A stretch of DNA of 64,000 bases from assembly GCA_023136775.1 (NCBI GenBank), contig JAGLQO010000018.1:20452-84451 (forward strand), in the 5' to 3' direction. Positions 52,509-61,338 of the stretch are shown here, piece after piece. Below the pieces are notes generated by a model, which searched no databases, was not told the origin of the DNA, and was given only the letters and a program-made list of their open reading frames with translations. Origin of the DNA: Candidatus Pacearchaeota archaeon. Its GTDB lineage: Archaea > Nanobdellota > Nanobdellia > Pacearchaeales > GW2011-AR1. Numbering within the stretch: position 1 is the first letter of the stretch; each line of letters opens with the position of its first letter. A program made the position numbers and the translations under genes.

Positions 52509-54496
52509 TTTTTCTTCACCTTCGATTTTTTAGATTTTTTTACTGAAGAATGTTTTTTTGACTTTGGAGCGACAGCTTTAGCTGGAGCGATTGGCTTCTT
52601 TGATTTATTAGTAGTTGGTTTTTTTGGAGCGACGACTTTTGTCGAAGCGATTGTCTCTTCTTCCGTCGTTGTTGTTTCTGGAGCGTCGGAAGTTTCTGAA
52701 GTTGAATTTTCCGAGGTTGGAGCATCAGGCTTTATTGGATTTTGTTCTAACAACTTAGAAAATTTATTTAATTCTATTTTAAATTTTTCTTGATTTTGTT
52801 TAAAATCTTTAGATATATGTTGCCCATATGTTACTTTAATTCTTTTATAAATTACTGCTGCTTCCGAAGTTTTTCCTTCTTTTACTAAACCCCTTAATTC
52901 ATTTAGCATGACATATAACTCTAAAGCCTTTTGTCTTTTCTTATTTTTCTTAAAAATGGTAATTAATATTATTATAATTAGAAATAAAATTAGAAATAAA
53001 AACGGGTATAGGAATTTTTCTAAAAGTCTCGCTATTTGAAATCTTGATCCAACGAAGAAAACGTCAGAACCTATGTCTACTATATCTTCACCCGTCGCCC
53101 TTACATAAAATAAATATTCTCCGTCTTCTGTACTTTTTGGAACTGTCAAATTTAAAGATTCTTCTGTGGAGGAAAACATTGTTGTGTCAACACTCCCTGA
53201 TTCTAATATGTTTCCTTTGAAATCTTTTATTGAATAAACTAAACTCAAATCTGTTTCTCTAACATCTCTTATACTAGAAATTGCAACTATCGCTTTTACT
53301 TCTCTACCCGGTTTTACGGCTTTGTATTTTTCTGGGATCATTACGTTAATAGATATTTCCGATTCAAATTTCCTAACATCTAACACTATTGGAATCTCAA
53401 TTTCTTCACCTGCTTCTATAACTAAATATCCAAAATACTGATCTGGCATTGTGTCTTTTGAAACATTAAAATCAATTAAAAGTTCATGAGTTTCTCCTGA
53501 CTCTAATGAAAAAGTACTATCGCTAAGCATCGCAAAATTATTTAAGTTTCCGAGTCTAGTTGTAAAATCTAATAAAATTCCACCGGTATTTGTAACTTTT
53601 ACTATTTTTGTTAAAACGTCTCCTTGACGCATTGAAAGTTTTATGTTACTCACATCTGTCTTAAAATTTGCAGTTGCAAATTCTCCGATAGTTGCCGCTG
53701 GGACTTGTGTTGCAACGCTTGAATCTCCAGAATCATCAGCTGCGTCATTGTCTGTGTCTTCTGAAACTTCTCCTCCAGTATAATCAAACTCTTTTATTGT
53801 GAAACTTTGCACTGTTGTCTCATTTGTGTTTCCATAAATATCTGTTGCTGAAAATTTCCAAGAAACTGTTGTTAGGGGCGAGGCACTCATTTTTACTGTT
53901 ATTTTTGATGTGTTTATAAGTCCTGAAAATAAGGTCGTTGGATGCTGAACCCAGCCCGCACCCTGATTTATAAAAAATATAAAATTTGCCAACCCCATAT
54001 TATCTGTCCAATCGGTTGCAAACTCTACATTATAATTTTGATATACCGATGCCCTATTTTTTCTAACATTAAACCATTTTGGAGCTAGCGTATCTTGCCC
54101 TACCGTTAGGTTAAACCAGTTTCCGTCAATTTTTGTTTTATTATCTGCAACTGAGAAACGTAACTCTTGGGTTCCCATATATAATGGATCTGGATAAAAA
54201 GAAACTCTGTGTTCTGAATCTATCGTTATTGTTATATTTGATATTGACGAAAATGTTATATTCAATTCTTCGCCATTATCTTCTCCGAAATAATCATCTA
54301 AATCTAAAAAATTTGTTGAGTTTTCTCCACCAATTAAAAAAATATCTGGAATATTTTGGATAATGTATGGTGGTGAATCTTCTACAAAAACAGAGGTTGG
54401 AACGTCGCCTGAACCTGTTGAAATGTTTTCTGCGGATGCAAAGCTCAGGCTAAGCAATATACAAGATGCAAGTAAAACTAATGACAATCTCCCCAT
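52505..54496 (-). CDS. Type I membrane surface protein with a Lys-rich cytoplasmic tail, first gene of the second ATPase operon
   Basis: Signal peptide LSLVLLASCILLSLSFASA. TM FLYPFLFLILFLIIIILITIF. Tail with AAVIYKRIKVTYGQHI, then APKKPTTNKSKKPIAPAKAVAPKSKK. ATGA overlap with the ATPase gene. Confidence 0.8.
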   Translation of the reverse strand: MGRLSLVLLASCILLSLSFASAENISTGSGDVPTSVFVEDSPPYIIQNIPDIFLIGGENSTNFLDLDDYFGEDNGEELNITFSSISNITITIDSEHRVSFYPDPLYMGTQELRFSVADNKTKIDGNWFNLTVGQDTLAPKWFNVRKNRASVYQNYNVEFATDWTDNMGLANFIFFINQGAGWVQHPTTLFSGLINTSKITVKMSASPLTTVSWKFSATDIYGNTNETTVQSFTIKEFDYTGGEVSEDTDNDAADDSGDSSVATQVPAATIGEFATANFKTDVSNIKLSMRQGDVLTKIVKVTNTGGILLDFTTRLGNLNNFAMLSDSTFSLESGETHELLIDFNVSKDTMPDQYFGYLVIEAGEEIEIPIVLDVRKFESEISINVMIPEKYKAVKPGREVKAIVAISSIRDVRETDLSLVYSIKDFKGNILESGSVDTTMFSSTEESLNLTVPKSTEDGEYLFYVRATGEDIVDIGSDVFFVGSRFQIARLLEKFLYPFLFLILFLIIIILITIFKKNKKRQKALELYVMLNELRGLVKEGKTSEAAVIYKRIKVTYGQHISKDFKQNQEKFKIELNKFSKLLEQNPIKPDAPTSENSTSETSDAPETTTTEEETIASTKVVAPKKPTTNKSKKPIAPAKAVAPKSKKHSSVKKSKKSKVKKK

Positions 54497-54585
54497 TTCT
54501 CCTCTATGAGTTTAAGTTTTGGATTTATTTAAGTCTTTTTGAGGTCCTGCAAAAGCCTTATAAAGTATCTTTTAGTACTTATTTT

Positions 54586-54786
54586 ATGCCTAAGAAAGAC
54601 CTAAATAAGGTTCGTGCAGAAACGGCTGTTGTGAAGGGGACGATAACTGCGAATCAGAAAGAAGCGATTGCTAATTTAGTTGGAATACTTGGAAGTAACG
54701 AGCAAGATGTTGTCGGAAAAATATTAACTCTTTGGTTATACAATGAGGGATTTTTAAAGGCGAAAATTTCGGAGGGAACTTCTTAG
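54586..54786 (+). CDS. Small hypothetical protein (66 aa)
   Basis: ATG 54586 (MPKKDLNKVRAETAVVKGTITANQKEAIANLVGILG). The track start at 54466 overlaps the divergent gene's 5-prime end. TATA-like CTTATAAAG lies ~25 nt upstream. Confidence 0.45.
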   Translation: MPKKDLNKVRAETAVVKGTITANQKEAIANLVGILGSNEQDVVGKILTLWLYNEGFLKAKISEGTS

Positions 54787-54804
54787 TAGTTTTATAGAAT
54801 AAAA

Positions 54805-57348
54805 ATGGGGAGAGTTGGGAGACTAAATATAATTGTATTAATTTTGATGATAATTGGAGTTGGACTTGTTTCAGGTTCTAGTCAATTTTATAATCTTAAT
54901 ATTGATGTAGAAAAAATAGAAAATTTAAATTCTGAAGAAATAATATTAACTGTTAATTCGCCAAATGATGGATCAATTATTCTAAGTCCGATTGAGTTTG
55001 ACTTAAGTTTGAATTATTCTGACATGTCTCAGGTTGATTGTAAATTATATATTGATGGATTAAGTTATGACTTTGGAGCTAACGGAGATTCTTTTTACAA
55101 TATTGAATTATCTAGTGGTCAAAAAAACTGGGAAATAACATGTCGTGATTTTGAAGATTCTAATATTAACACTTCTGTTGATGGAAACTTTAATGTTTTT
55201 GATTTTTCTATTAATTCTTTAGATGAATTTTATTTTAACGATAGTACTATTTCTGGAACTGTTAATAGTCAAGGGGATTTTGAACTAAAACTTAAATGCG
55301 GTTCTGATGTCCAAACAATTAATACTAGTGGCGGAAATTTTAATGTTGAAAGTCCTGCAATTTCTGCTCCTGGGAAATATGAATTAATTGCTACGACTAA
55401 TTATTATAGTGAAGAATTGTCTGTTTCTAGAAATTTTTCGGTTGGTTATGCTAGTGTTAAATTTGTTGAAGAAAATTCAAATGTTGAAGAAAATGTTGGA
55501 GTTAAATTATATATTGATTCTCAGGGATTTTCTGGGAATTATTATATTAGAGTTGGAAGCGAATTGATTGCGGGGGATGGGTTTACTGGAGCGACTGTTA
55601 TTAATATTGACGCTGGGAATTTTAAATCTAGCAGTGACGGAAGTTATTCTTTAGCACTTACTGGTCAGGTTAATAATAAAAATTATAATTTTGCTGGACT
55701 AAATACTTTGACTGTTGCTAAGGCTGGGAATTCTGATATTGATAGTCCAGATATTGATTTGAAATATCCTGCGTGGGAAGAAACTGTAACAGGTTCTGAA
55801 ATAGAATTTGTGTACACGGTTGAGGACGATTATAATATTAGTGAATGTAAATTAAAAATATATAATGCTTCAAAAAATTCTGCCGGGGTTTATGAAACGG
55901 ATGGGTTGATTTTTCCTTTAAGTAATAGTGATAAAACTTTAGCGAATGAAGACGGTTTAGATAAAAGTGATGAGGTTAAATTGAAGTTAATTGATTTTGA
56001 TGCGGGAGACTTTATTTGGGAAGTTAAATGTAAGGATGGGTCTGGGAATACTGAATGGGATTTTAATTATTTTAAGGTTGATTTTTCAAGTACGAGCTAT
56101 GCTAAAAAAATAACAGATGCAACTAATAATTATACTCGAGAAGATGAGGTTAATGATTTAATTGGTAAAATTAATACATTTTTGGAGGCGGAGTCTAACT
56201 TAGGTATTGAGGAAAGGAATGCTTTGGAGATTTTAGGGATTGATGGCGATATGAGTTTTTATAAAAAGCAACTTATTCAGATGGATCAGGACTTAAAGTT
56301 TAATTTGAAATTTATGGAAGAGGCAAAACGAGAAAAGAGAATTTTGGAGATAGATGAGGAGATAGATGAGATAAGGGATGGAGTTGTTGTGAAAATAGAG
56401 GTGACGGATAGTTATGAATATTCTAAAAATAGCATTGATGTTGATGTCTTTGAGATAATTTCTAGATATTTTGTGGCGACTAATCACAATATAAAATCTA
56501 GTGCGCTTAAGGGGATTTCTAGATATAACGAAGGATTGCAAAGCAAGCTTGGTTCTCGAGTTGAAGCTTTGAGGTTGACTATTGATTATGTTGATGAATC
56601 TCGGGAAATGATTCTTGTTAGTAAAAAACTTACGTTTGATGCCGAGGGAGAAGAAAAACTTTTGGAGATTATTGATGAAGATATTACCAAGGAAATTATT
56701 TTTGTTAATGATGCTAGGGGTATTGGGGAATGTATTTGGGAAATTGAGGTTGATAATTTGATTAATGATAAACTTGTTTATTATTTTTATGATGATTTGT
56801 CTTTACAAAAGATTGAAAAAACCGAAAGTCTTCTGTTTGATGAGGAAGGACGCTTGGAAACCAATATGATAACGGGATTTGTTGTAGGAATTAGTGATGG
56901 ACTTAGTTTTTCGTTTTACTCATTCTTGATTGGATTCTTGTTTATGGGATATGTTGGATTCTTTTTGTTTGGGAAAGCTCGTCTTGAGGTTTGGAAAAAA
57001 GATGTGGCGGTTTCTAATTTGTTGAATTTAATTGAGAAGACTAAATTATTGCTTCGTCAAAATGATGTTGAAAATGCACGAGAGAATTATCATAAGATGG
57101 GGGAGGCGTATAAACTTCTTCCGAATAAATGTAAATTGTTTTTCTTTAATGAGATAAAGATGGTTCGGTTGGCGATTGATAAAAAGGATGTTTTGAATTT
57201 GGTTAAGGAATACGAAAAGGCTAAGATTGAAAATCGGAATGAGGATACTATTCGGCTTCATGCTCGGATTAGCGAGATTTACAAGAAGTTGCCTAAGAAA
57301 TTTCAGGATAAGGTTTATCAAAGATTGGTGAAGAATGAGGTTCGTTGA
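54805..57348 (+). CDS. Type I membrane surface protein (847 aa) with a ~150-aa helical cytoplasmic tail
   Basis: Signal peptide LNIIVLILMIIGVGLVSG. TM FSFYSFLIGFLFMGYVGFFLF. Tail with ARENYHKMGEAYKLLPNKCKLFFFNEI. Confidence 0.8.
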   Translation: MGRVGRLNIIVLILMIIGVGLVSGSSQFYNLNIDVEKIENLNSEEIILTVNSPNDGSIILSPIEFDLSLNYSDMSQVDCKLYIDGLSYDFGANGDSFYNIELSSGQKNWEITCRDFEDSNINTSVDGNFNVFDFSINSLDEFYFNDSTISGTVNSQGDFELKLKCGSDVQTINTSGGNFNVESPAISAPGKYELIATTNYYSEELSVSRNFSVGYASVKFVEENSNVEENVGVKLYIDSQGFSGNYYIRVGSELIAGDGFTGATVINIDAGNFKSSSDGSYSLALTGQVNNKNYNFAGLNTLTVAKAGNSDIDSPDIDLKYPAWEETVTGSEIEFVYTVEDDYNISECKLKIYNASKNSAGVYETDGLIFPLSNSDKTLANEDGLDKSDEVKLKLIDFDAGDFIWEVKCKDGSGNTEWDFNYFKVDFSSTSYAKKITDATNNYTREDEVNDLIGKINTFLEAESNLGIEERNALEILGIDGDMSFYKKQLIQMDQDLKFNLKFMEEAKREKRILEIDEEIDEIRDGVVVKIEVTDSYEYSKNSIDVDVFEIISRYFVATNHNIKSSALKGISRYNEGLQSKLGSRVEALRLTIDYVDESREMILVSKKLTFDAEGEEKLLEIIDEDITKEIIFVNDARGIGECIWEIEVDNLINDKLVYYFYDDLSLQKIEKTESLLFDEEGRLETNMITGFVVGISDGLSFSFYSFLIGFLFMGYVGFFLFGKARLEVWKKDVAVSNLLNLIEKTKLLLRQNDVENARENYHKMGEAYKLLPNKCKLFFFNEIKMVRLAIDKKDVLNLVKEYEKAKIENRNEDTIRLHARISEIYKKLPKKFQDKVYQRLVKNEVR

Positions 57349-57376
57349 CATTTTTTTCTGGTGAAAAAAATCGTCA

Positions 57377-57530
57377 GTAAAAATCCACACAGGATTTTAG
57401 ATTCCGAACCGCTTACCGCACAGGTCGCAGACGGTTCGATACACGAAGGGAATTTGTTTCAAATTCCCGTGATTCGGAATGTTCTTCCATAAGAAATCAC
57501 GACATCTTCGACGCCGCATTTCTCATGGAG
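57377..57530 (+). repeat. Second copy of 3-prime element E plus an A hairpin
   Basis: GTAAAAATCCACAC-AGGATTTTAGATTCC, P1 GAACCG/CGGTTC, hairpin GGGAATTTGtttCAAATTCCC (57448-57468), outer ATTCCGAA/TTCGGAAT. A hairpin 57484-57530. Starts 29 nt after the stop of 54805..57348. Confidence 0.85.
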
Positions 57531-57595
57531 TTATAAATTTTTTAACGGATGTTTTTTTATTTTGAAAATGATTATTATTTTTACTTCGAGACTTT

Positions 57596-57644
57596 CTTCC
57601 ATAGAAAATCGTAGCATCTGCGGACGCTACATTTCCCATGGAAG
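57596..57644 (+). repeat. Stand-alone A hairpin
   Basis: CTTCCATAGAAAAT-CGTAGC-atcTGCGgac-GCTAC-ATTTCCCATGGAAG. Confidence 0.9.
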
Positions 57645-57774
57645 ATTTAAATTATTTTATTTGAAGTCATGGGAAAGACGGACGATTTTGTTTATATTTT
57701 CTCTCCACGAGAAGTCGCGACTTTTTGTGGCCTCAACGGGCATTGCTCTACTGACCCCGATTTGGTTTTAATTT

Positions 57775-57819
57775 GTTGGAACGAGTGAATGGAGCTTTAG
57801 CGAAATGAGGGAGTGAATC
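57775..57819 (+). repeat. Purine-rich F-like module
   Basis: TTGTTGGAACGAGTGAATGGAGCTTTAGCGAAATGAGGGAGTGAATC resembles 10451-10527 and 19101-19160 (TTGTTGGAGCG..GAGTGA). Confidence 0.6.
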
Positions 57820-57826
57820 TTTATTA

Positions 57827-58381
57827 TTAACTATCTAACATATCCCACTCTTCTTTTAGAACCCATCGTAATGCTGAAAGTTTTCCATTTAGCATACCCC
57901 ATTCAAAATCACTCCATGGACCTAATTCTCTTTTCCCATATTTTTTTAAAATATTTTTTTCTGTATTAAGAGCCTCTTTCCATATCTCTTGATTAATCTT
58001 TTTTTTGTTTTTTTTAATGTTACTTTTTACTACTTGATGTCTATCATACCATATCTTATCAAACAAAATTTCTAAAGCATCTAATATTTCTTTTTCGTTT
58101 CTAAATATCTTTTTGTTTTTTTTGATTTTGTTTTTTACTTCTTCTTTGAGCTTATGAAATGCAGCAATTTCTTTAACATCTTTAGACATTTGATCAATGG
58201 TTGAATAAATATTTTTAATCTTGTCGTCCCTTTCATATTGTTCTGCCTGACGCTCTGTTTCCTCCATGGCTTTTATTGTACTTGATAATAGGGGTATTTT
58301 TTTAGCAATATCTTTTGGTATTTGCTTTGCAAGATTTTTATGAAATCTTTTTGTTTTCATTTTTATGGTCATTGTTTTCAT
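57827..58381 (-). CDS. Hypothetical Lys-rich helical protein
   Basis: 184-aa ORF immediately downstream of, and co-oriented with, the recombinase gene. No recognised motif. Confidence 0.5.
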   Translation of the reverse strand: MKTMTIKMKTKRFHKNLAKQIPKDIAKKIPLLSSTIKAMEETERQAEQYERDDKIKNIYSTIDQMSKDVKEIAAFHKLKEEVKNKIKKNKKIFRNEKEILDALEILFDKIWYDRHQVVKSNIKKNKKKINQEIWKEALNTEKNILKKYGKRELGPWSDFEWGMLNGKLSALRWVLKEEWDMLDS

Positions 58382-58401
58382 TTTTATTAAAAAATAACTA
58401 A

Positions 58402-59226
58402 TTATATTAGACTATCTATTGGGGATTTGATTTTTTTAAGCTGCATTGCTGAAATATGGGTGTATAATTCTGTCGTGGAGATGGTGCTGTGCCCTAATAA
58501 CTTTTGTATTTTTCTTATGTCTACGTTATCTTCTAATAAATGGGTTGCGAAAGAATGGCGAAGTGTGTGGCAGTGGGTTCCGTTTAATTCTGCTCGTTTT
58601 GCGGCTGATGCGATTATTTTTTGAATATTTCTTGTGGATAATTTTCCTGATCTTCCTGTGAATAGGTAAATTTGTCCTTCTTGATTTTTTGCTTGATTTT
58701 GTAAGTCATCAGTTAGAAATTCTGGAATGTTAAAAATTCTGTCTTTGTTTCCTTTTGATTGTCTTACATGTCCGATTTTTTCTGGGAAATTTAAGTCTTG
58801 GATTTTTAGATTGACTAATTCAGAAACTCTGAATCCGCAGGCGTACATTAGACTTGCCATTAATTTTGATTTTTGATTTTTAAGTTCTTCAAATAATTTT
58901 TTTACTTCGGTTTTTGATAATGTTATTGGTAATTTCTTTTCTTTTTTTGGTCTTCTTATTCCTGTTGTGATGTCATCATTGAATGCTGTTACGTATGCAT
59001 ATTTTATTGCAGCTAGAAATAGGATTGTTGACATTGCGGCTTTGTCTTGTAGTTTTTCTGCCATGAAAAGTTTTACGTCATCTGGGGTTACTTCTTTTGG
59101 ATATTTGTCTAAGAAATTTAGTAAGTCTTTATTTGAGGAAATATAATTACGAATAGTATAATGCGAGTTTTTTGATATTTTCAACTCTATTTCAATTTTT
59201 TTAAGAAAGTCTACTGATTCCATCAC
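58402..59226 (-). CDS. xerA: XerC/XerD/XerA-family tyrosine recombinase
   Basis: Catalytic-signature blocks ACGFRVSEL (Arg), HTLRHSFATHLL (H-x-x-R) and LLGHSTISTTELYTH (His/Tyr). The 274-aa length fits archaeal XerA. GTG at 59226, first ATG at 59223. Confidence 0.8.
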   Translation of the reverse strand: MMESVDFLKKIEIELKISKNSHYTIRNYISSNKDLLNFLDKYPKEVTPDDVKLFMAEKLQDKAAMSTILFLAAIKYAYVTAFNDDITTGIRRPKKEKKLPITLSKTEVKKLFEELKNQKSKLMASLMYACGFRVSELVNLKIQDLNFPEKIGHVRQSKGNKDRIFNIPEFLTDDLQNQAKNQEGQIYLFTGRSGKLSTRNIQKIIASAAKRAELNGTHCHTLRHSFATHLLEDNVDIRKIQKLLGHSTISTTELYTHISAMQLKKIKSPIDSLI

Positions 59227-59331
59227 CTATTGAATTGTACGAACCTTAGGTTTATAGAATTTTTGATGGAATAGTTATGGATAGGTATTTTGATTATGAG
59301 TTAAGAATATTTTTTATTTCAGTGCAAAATA

Positions 59332-59371
59332 GCTCACGGATTTACACGGATGACTTCGTCATTCACGGATT
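59332..59371 (+). repeat. B module
   Basis: GCTCACGGATTTACACGG-ATGACttcGTCAT-TCACGGATT. Confidence 0.9.
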
Positions 59372-59463
59372 TTTTGTTTTTGGGAATGGATTAGTTTTGT
59401 TGGATATAAATGGGAAATGGATATTAATATTATATTGACTTTGTAGGGCAAATCGATTTTCGT

Positions 59464-59477
59464 TTAACCGAATAACT
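59464..59477 (+). repeat. Left copy of a 14-bp direct repeat, TTAACCGAATAACT
   Basis: Exact 14-mer also at 62902-62915. Identity extends to 19 of 20 positions (TTAACCGAATAACTtTTATT vs TTAACCGAATAACTaTTATT). Confidence 0.9.
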
Positions 59478-59594
59478 TTTATTCTCTTTGATTCATGTGT
59501 AATTTTAACGTATTCTTAACATATTAAACTAACTTATGTGGATTTAATTTTTTATTTTATCTTATGGATTGTGCGAACTATTTTAAAGTGACAA

Positions 59595-59778
59595 CTCACT
59601 TATTTATCTAAACAGCGTCGCTGTTGGTGATTTTATGATACTCACTTTTTCACTAAACTTTTTTTATTTGTTAAAAAATATCTAGATATTTTGATCAAAA
59701 TTTTACTCACATTTTTACCCGATTTAAGAGTCTCACTTTTCGCCCAAAAACGCTGTTTTCTAACTCTCACTTTTTCAC
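59595..59778 (+). repeat. Array of five CTCAC(T/A)TTTT motifs
   Basis: Copies at 59595, 59641 (CTCACTTTTTCAC), 59706, 59732 and 59766 (CTCACTTTTTCAC). Confidence 0.85.
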
Positions 59779-60082
59779 TTTAGAAATGTGATAATTAACG
59801 GATTGTGCGAACCCTTTTGTCTCTGGGCGATGCTATTTTAAAAAAAATGGCTTATTTTAGTGTTTTTGGCTGATTTTTGAATTTTGGTGAAAAATATTTT
59901 TGAAAATAATTGGTGAAAAATGACTCTAAAGCGATTTTGGGTATTCTTAGAGACTTTTGTCTAAAAGTTAAGGGAATTATTGACTAAATGCGTTAAAATT
60001 CTGTAAAGATGGTTTAAAATTCGAAAAAAGGTTATCTGAAGTCAGACCTCTAGGCCTGTTTGGTCCCTCGGCACACCCTGGC

Positions 60083-60601
60083 TTATTTGAATTCTGGGGC
60101 GTGGAAATCTAATTTTTCATCAAATGGTAAATCGAAGCCCTTTTCTTTTAAGATTTGGAAGATTTCGTTTCTGAATTTGAAATTATGGATCATCCTGTGG
60201 TGGTTTGGGCAAAGTCCTACGAGATTCTTGGAAGAGTTGTTGGACTTGTTTGTGTCGATGTGATGAATATCTACGATCTCGTCAAATCCGCAAATTGCAC
60301 AGGATTCGGTTGTTTTTCTGAAAGTCTTGAGATCTACTTTGTTTTGTTTTCGTTGGTGGTAGGCTTTGTTTGATTCTAGGTGGAAGACGTAGTTGTAGCA
60401 TCCGGGACAAAGTCCTTTTGCGTGAATTTGCATTTTTCGTTTGCATCGTTTGCAGGTTGCCAGCTTTGGTTGCCATTTTAGTTTCTTGTAGCAACTGTAG
60501 CAAAGCCCTTTGGCATGATGCTCTTTTTCTTCGCAGCAGTTTATACAAATTTTTACAACGATGTAAATTAAATCCGTTCGTACATTAAATATTTTGTGCA
60601 A
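60083..60601 (-). CDS. HNH endonuclease with a duplicated N-terminal Cys4 motif
   Basis: DIHHIDTNKSNNSSKNLVGLCPNHHRMIH is an H-N-H core. Two HAKGLC(Y/P)xCY zinc-ribbon-like repeats lie upstream. The only in-frame start is TTG, so the 5-prime end is uncertain. Confidence 0.7.
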   Translation of the reverse strand: MHKIFNVRTDLIYIVVKICINCCEEKEHHAKGLCYSCYKKLKWQPKLATCKRCKRKMQIHAKGLCPGCYNYVFHLESNKAYHQRKQNKVDLKTFRKTTESCAICGFDEIVDIHHIDTNKSNNSSKNLVGLCPNHHRMIHNFKFRNEIFQILKEKGFDLPFDEKLDFHAPEFK

Positions 60602-60742
60602 ACGGGCTATTTCCGTTCGTTTTGTAATGGAAGAACATCATACAATCTGTATTATGCGAACTTTTGCGGATATTCGAGAGAAATAAGGATTGTGCGAACT
60701 TTTGGATTTTGGATTTGAGGAAGAGGAGAGGAAATAATTTTT

Positions 60743-60882
60743 GCTCACGGATTTACACGGACGCTATCGCGTTCACGGATTCAAGACAAGGAAACAAATT
60801 GGTCTCAAACGACATGAACTTGGTGGCTCCGCTCGCGGATTTTGGGGATTTGATGGATTTAAGGCAATGATTTTGGAAGTGG
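60743..60882 (+). repeat. Composite element with swapped module order (B, C, linker)
   Basis: B 60743-60781. C 60794-60843 (GGTCTCAAACGACATGAACTTGGTGGCTCCGCTCGCGGATTT). GGATTTAAGGCAATGATTTTGGAAGTGG 60855-60882. Confidence 0.9.
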
Positions 60883-61338
60883 TTTTATGAGTTTTGGGTT
60901 GTTAAATCTTTGAAAATTTTGTGAAAAATATTGAGTTGTTAATTTTGGTTTGCTTAGTTTAAATGTTATTTATGTTAATTAAATTTTTGTTGTAAACTAA
61001 ATCTTGAAGTTTGGGAATTTTGGGGGAAATTATTTTTGGATTTGTTGAAATGTCTGTGATTTCTGAAAATGTTTTTGTTGTAAATTTTGATTTTGAATCT
61101 GATTATTTTTGAAATAAAAATGTTTATTTGATAAATTTGAACAAAGGTTAGCTAAGTTGTAATTGATGATTTTATTTTTAGATATTCTACGAAAAATTGA
61201 GATGAAAATGTTTAGAATTTCTAAAAATATTTAGAGGGGAAATTTGAAAATTTGTTGGGGAAATATTGATTATCTTGAAACATTTCCCCTTAATATTAGA
61301 AATAATTTATGATAGAAATTAGGATGGGAATTGAATTA

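Larger units (their letters stand above)
59234..60699 (+). repeat. Five dispersed copies of ATTGT(G/A)CGAAC (one ATTATGCGAAC), all on the plus strand
   Basis: 59234-59244 (ATTGTACGAAC), 59568-59578, 59802-59812, 60651-60661 (ATTATGCGAAC) and 60689-60699. Each is followed by a T-rich tract. Confidence 0.8.

Noticed and set aside
7589-60882. CRISPR array as an explanation for the recurring intergenic repeats
   Set aside because: The repeats are dispersed one set per spacer over 53 kb, not in tandem with regular unique spacers. No cas genes are present.
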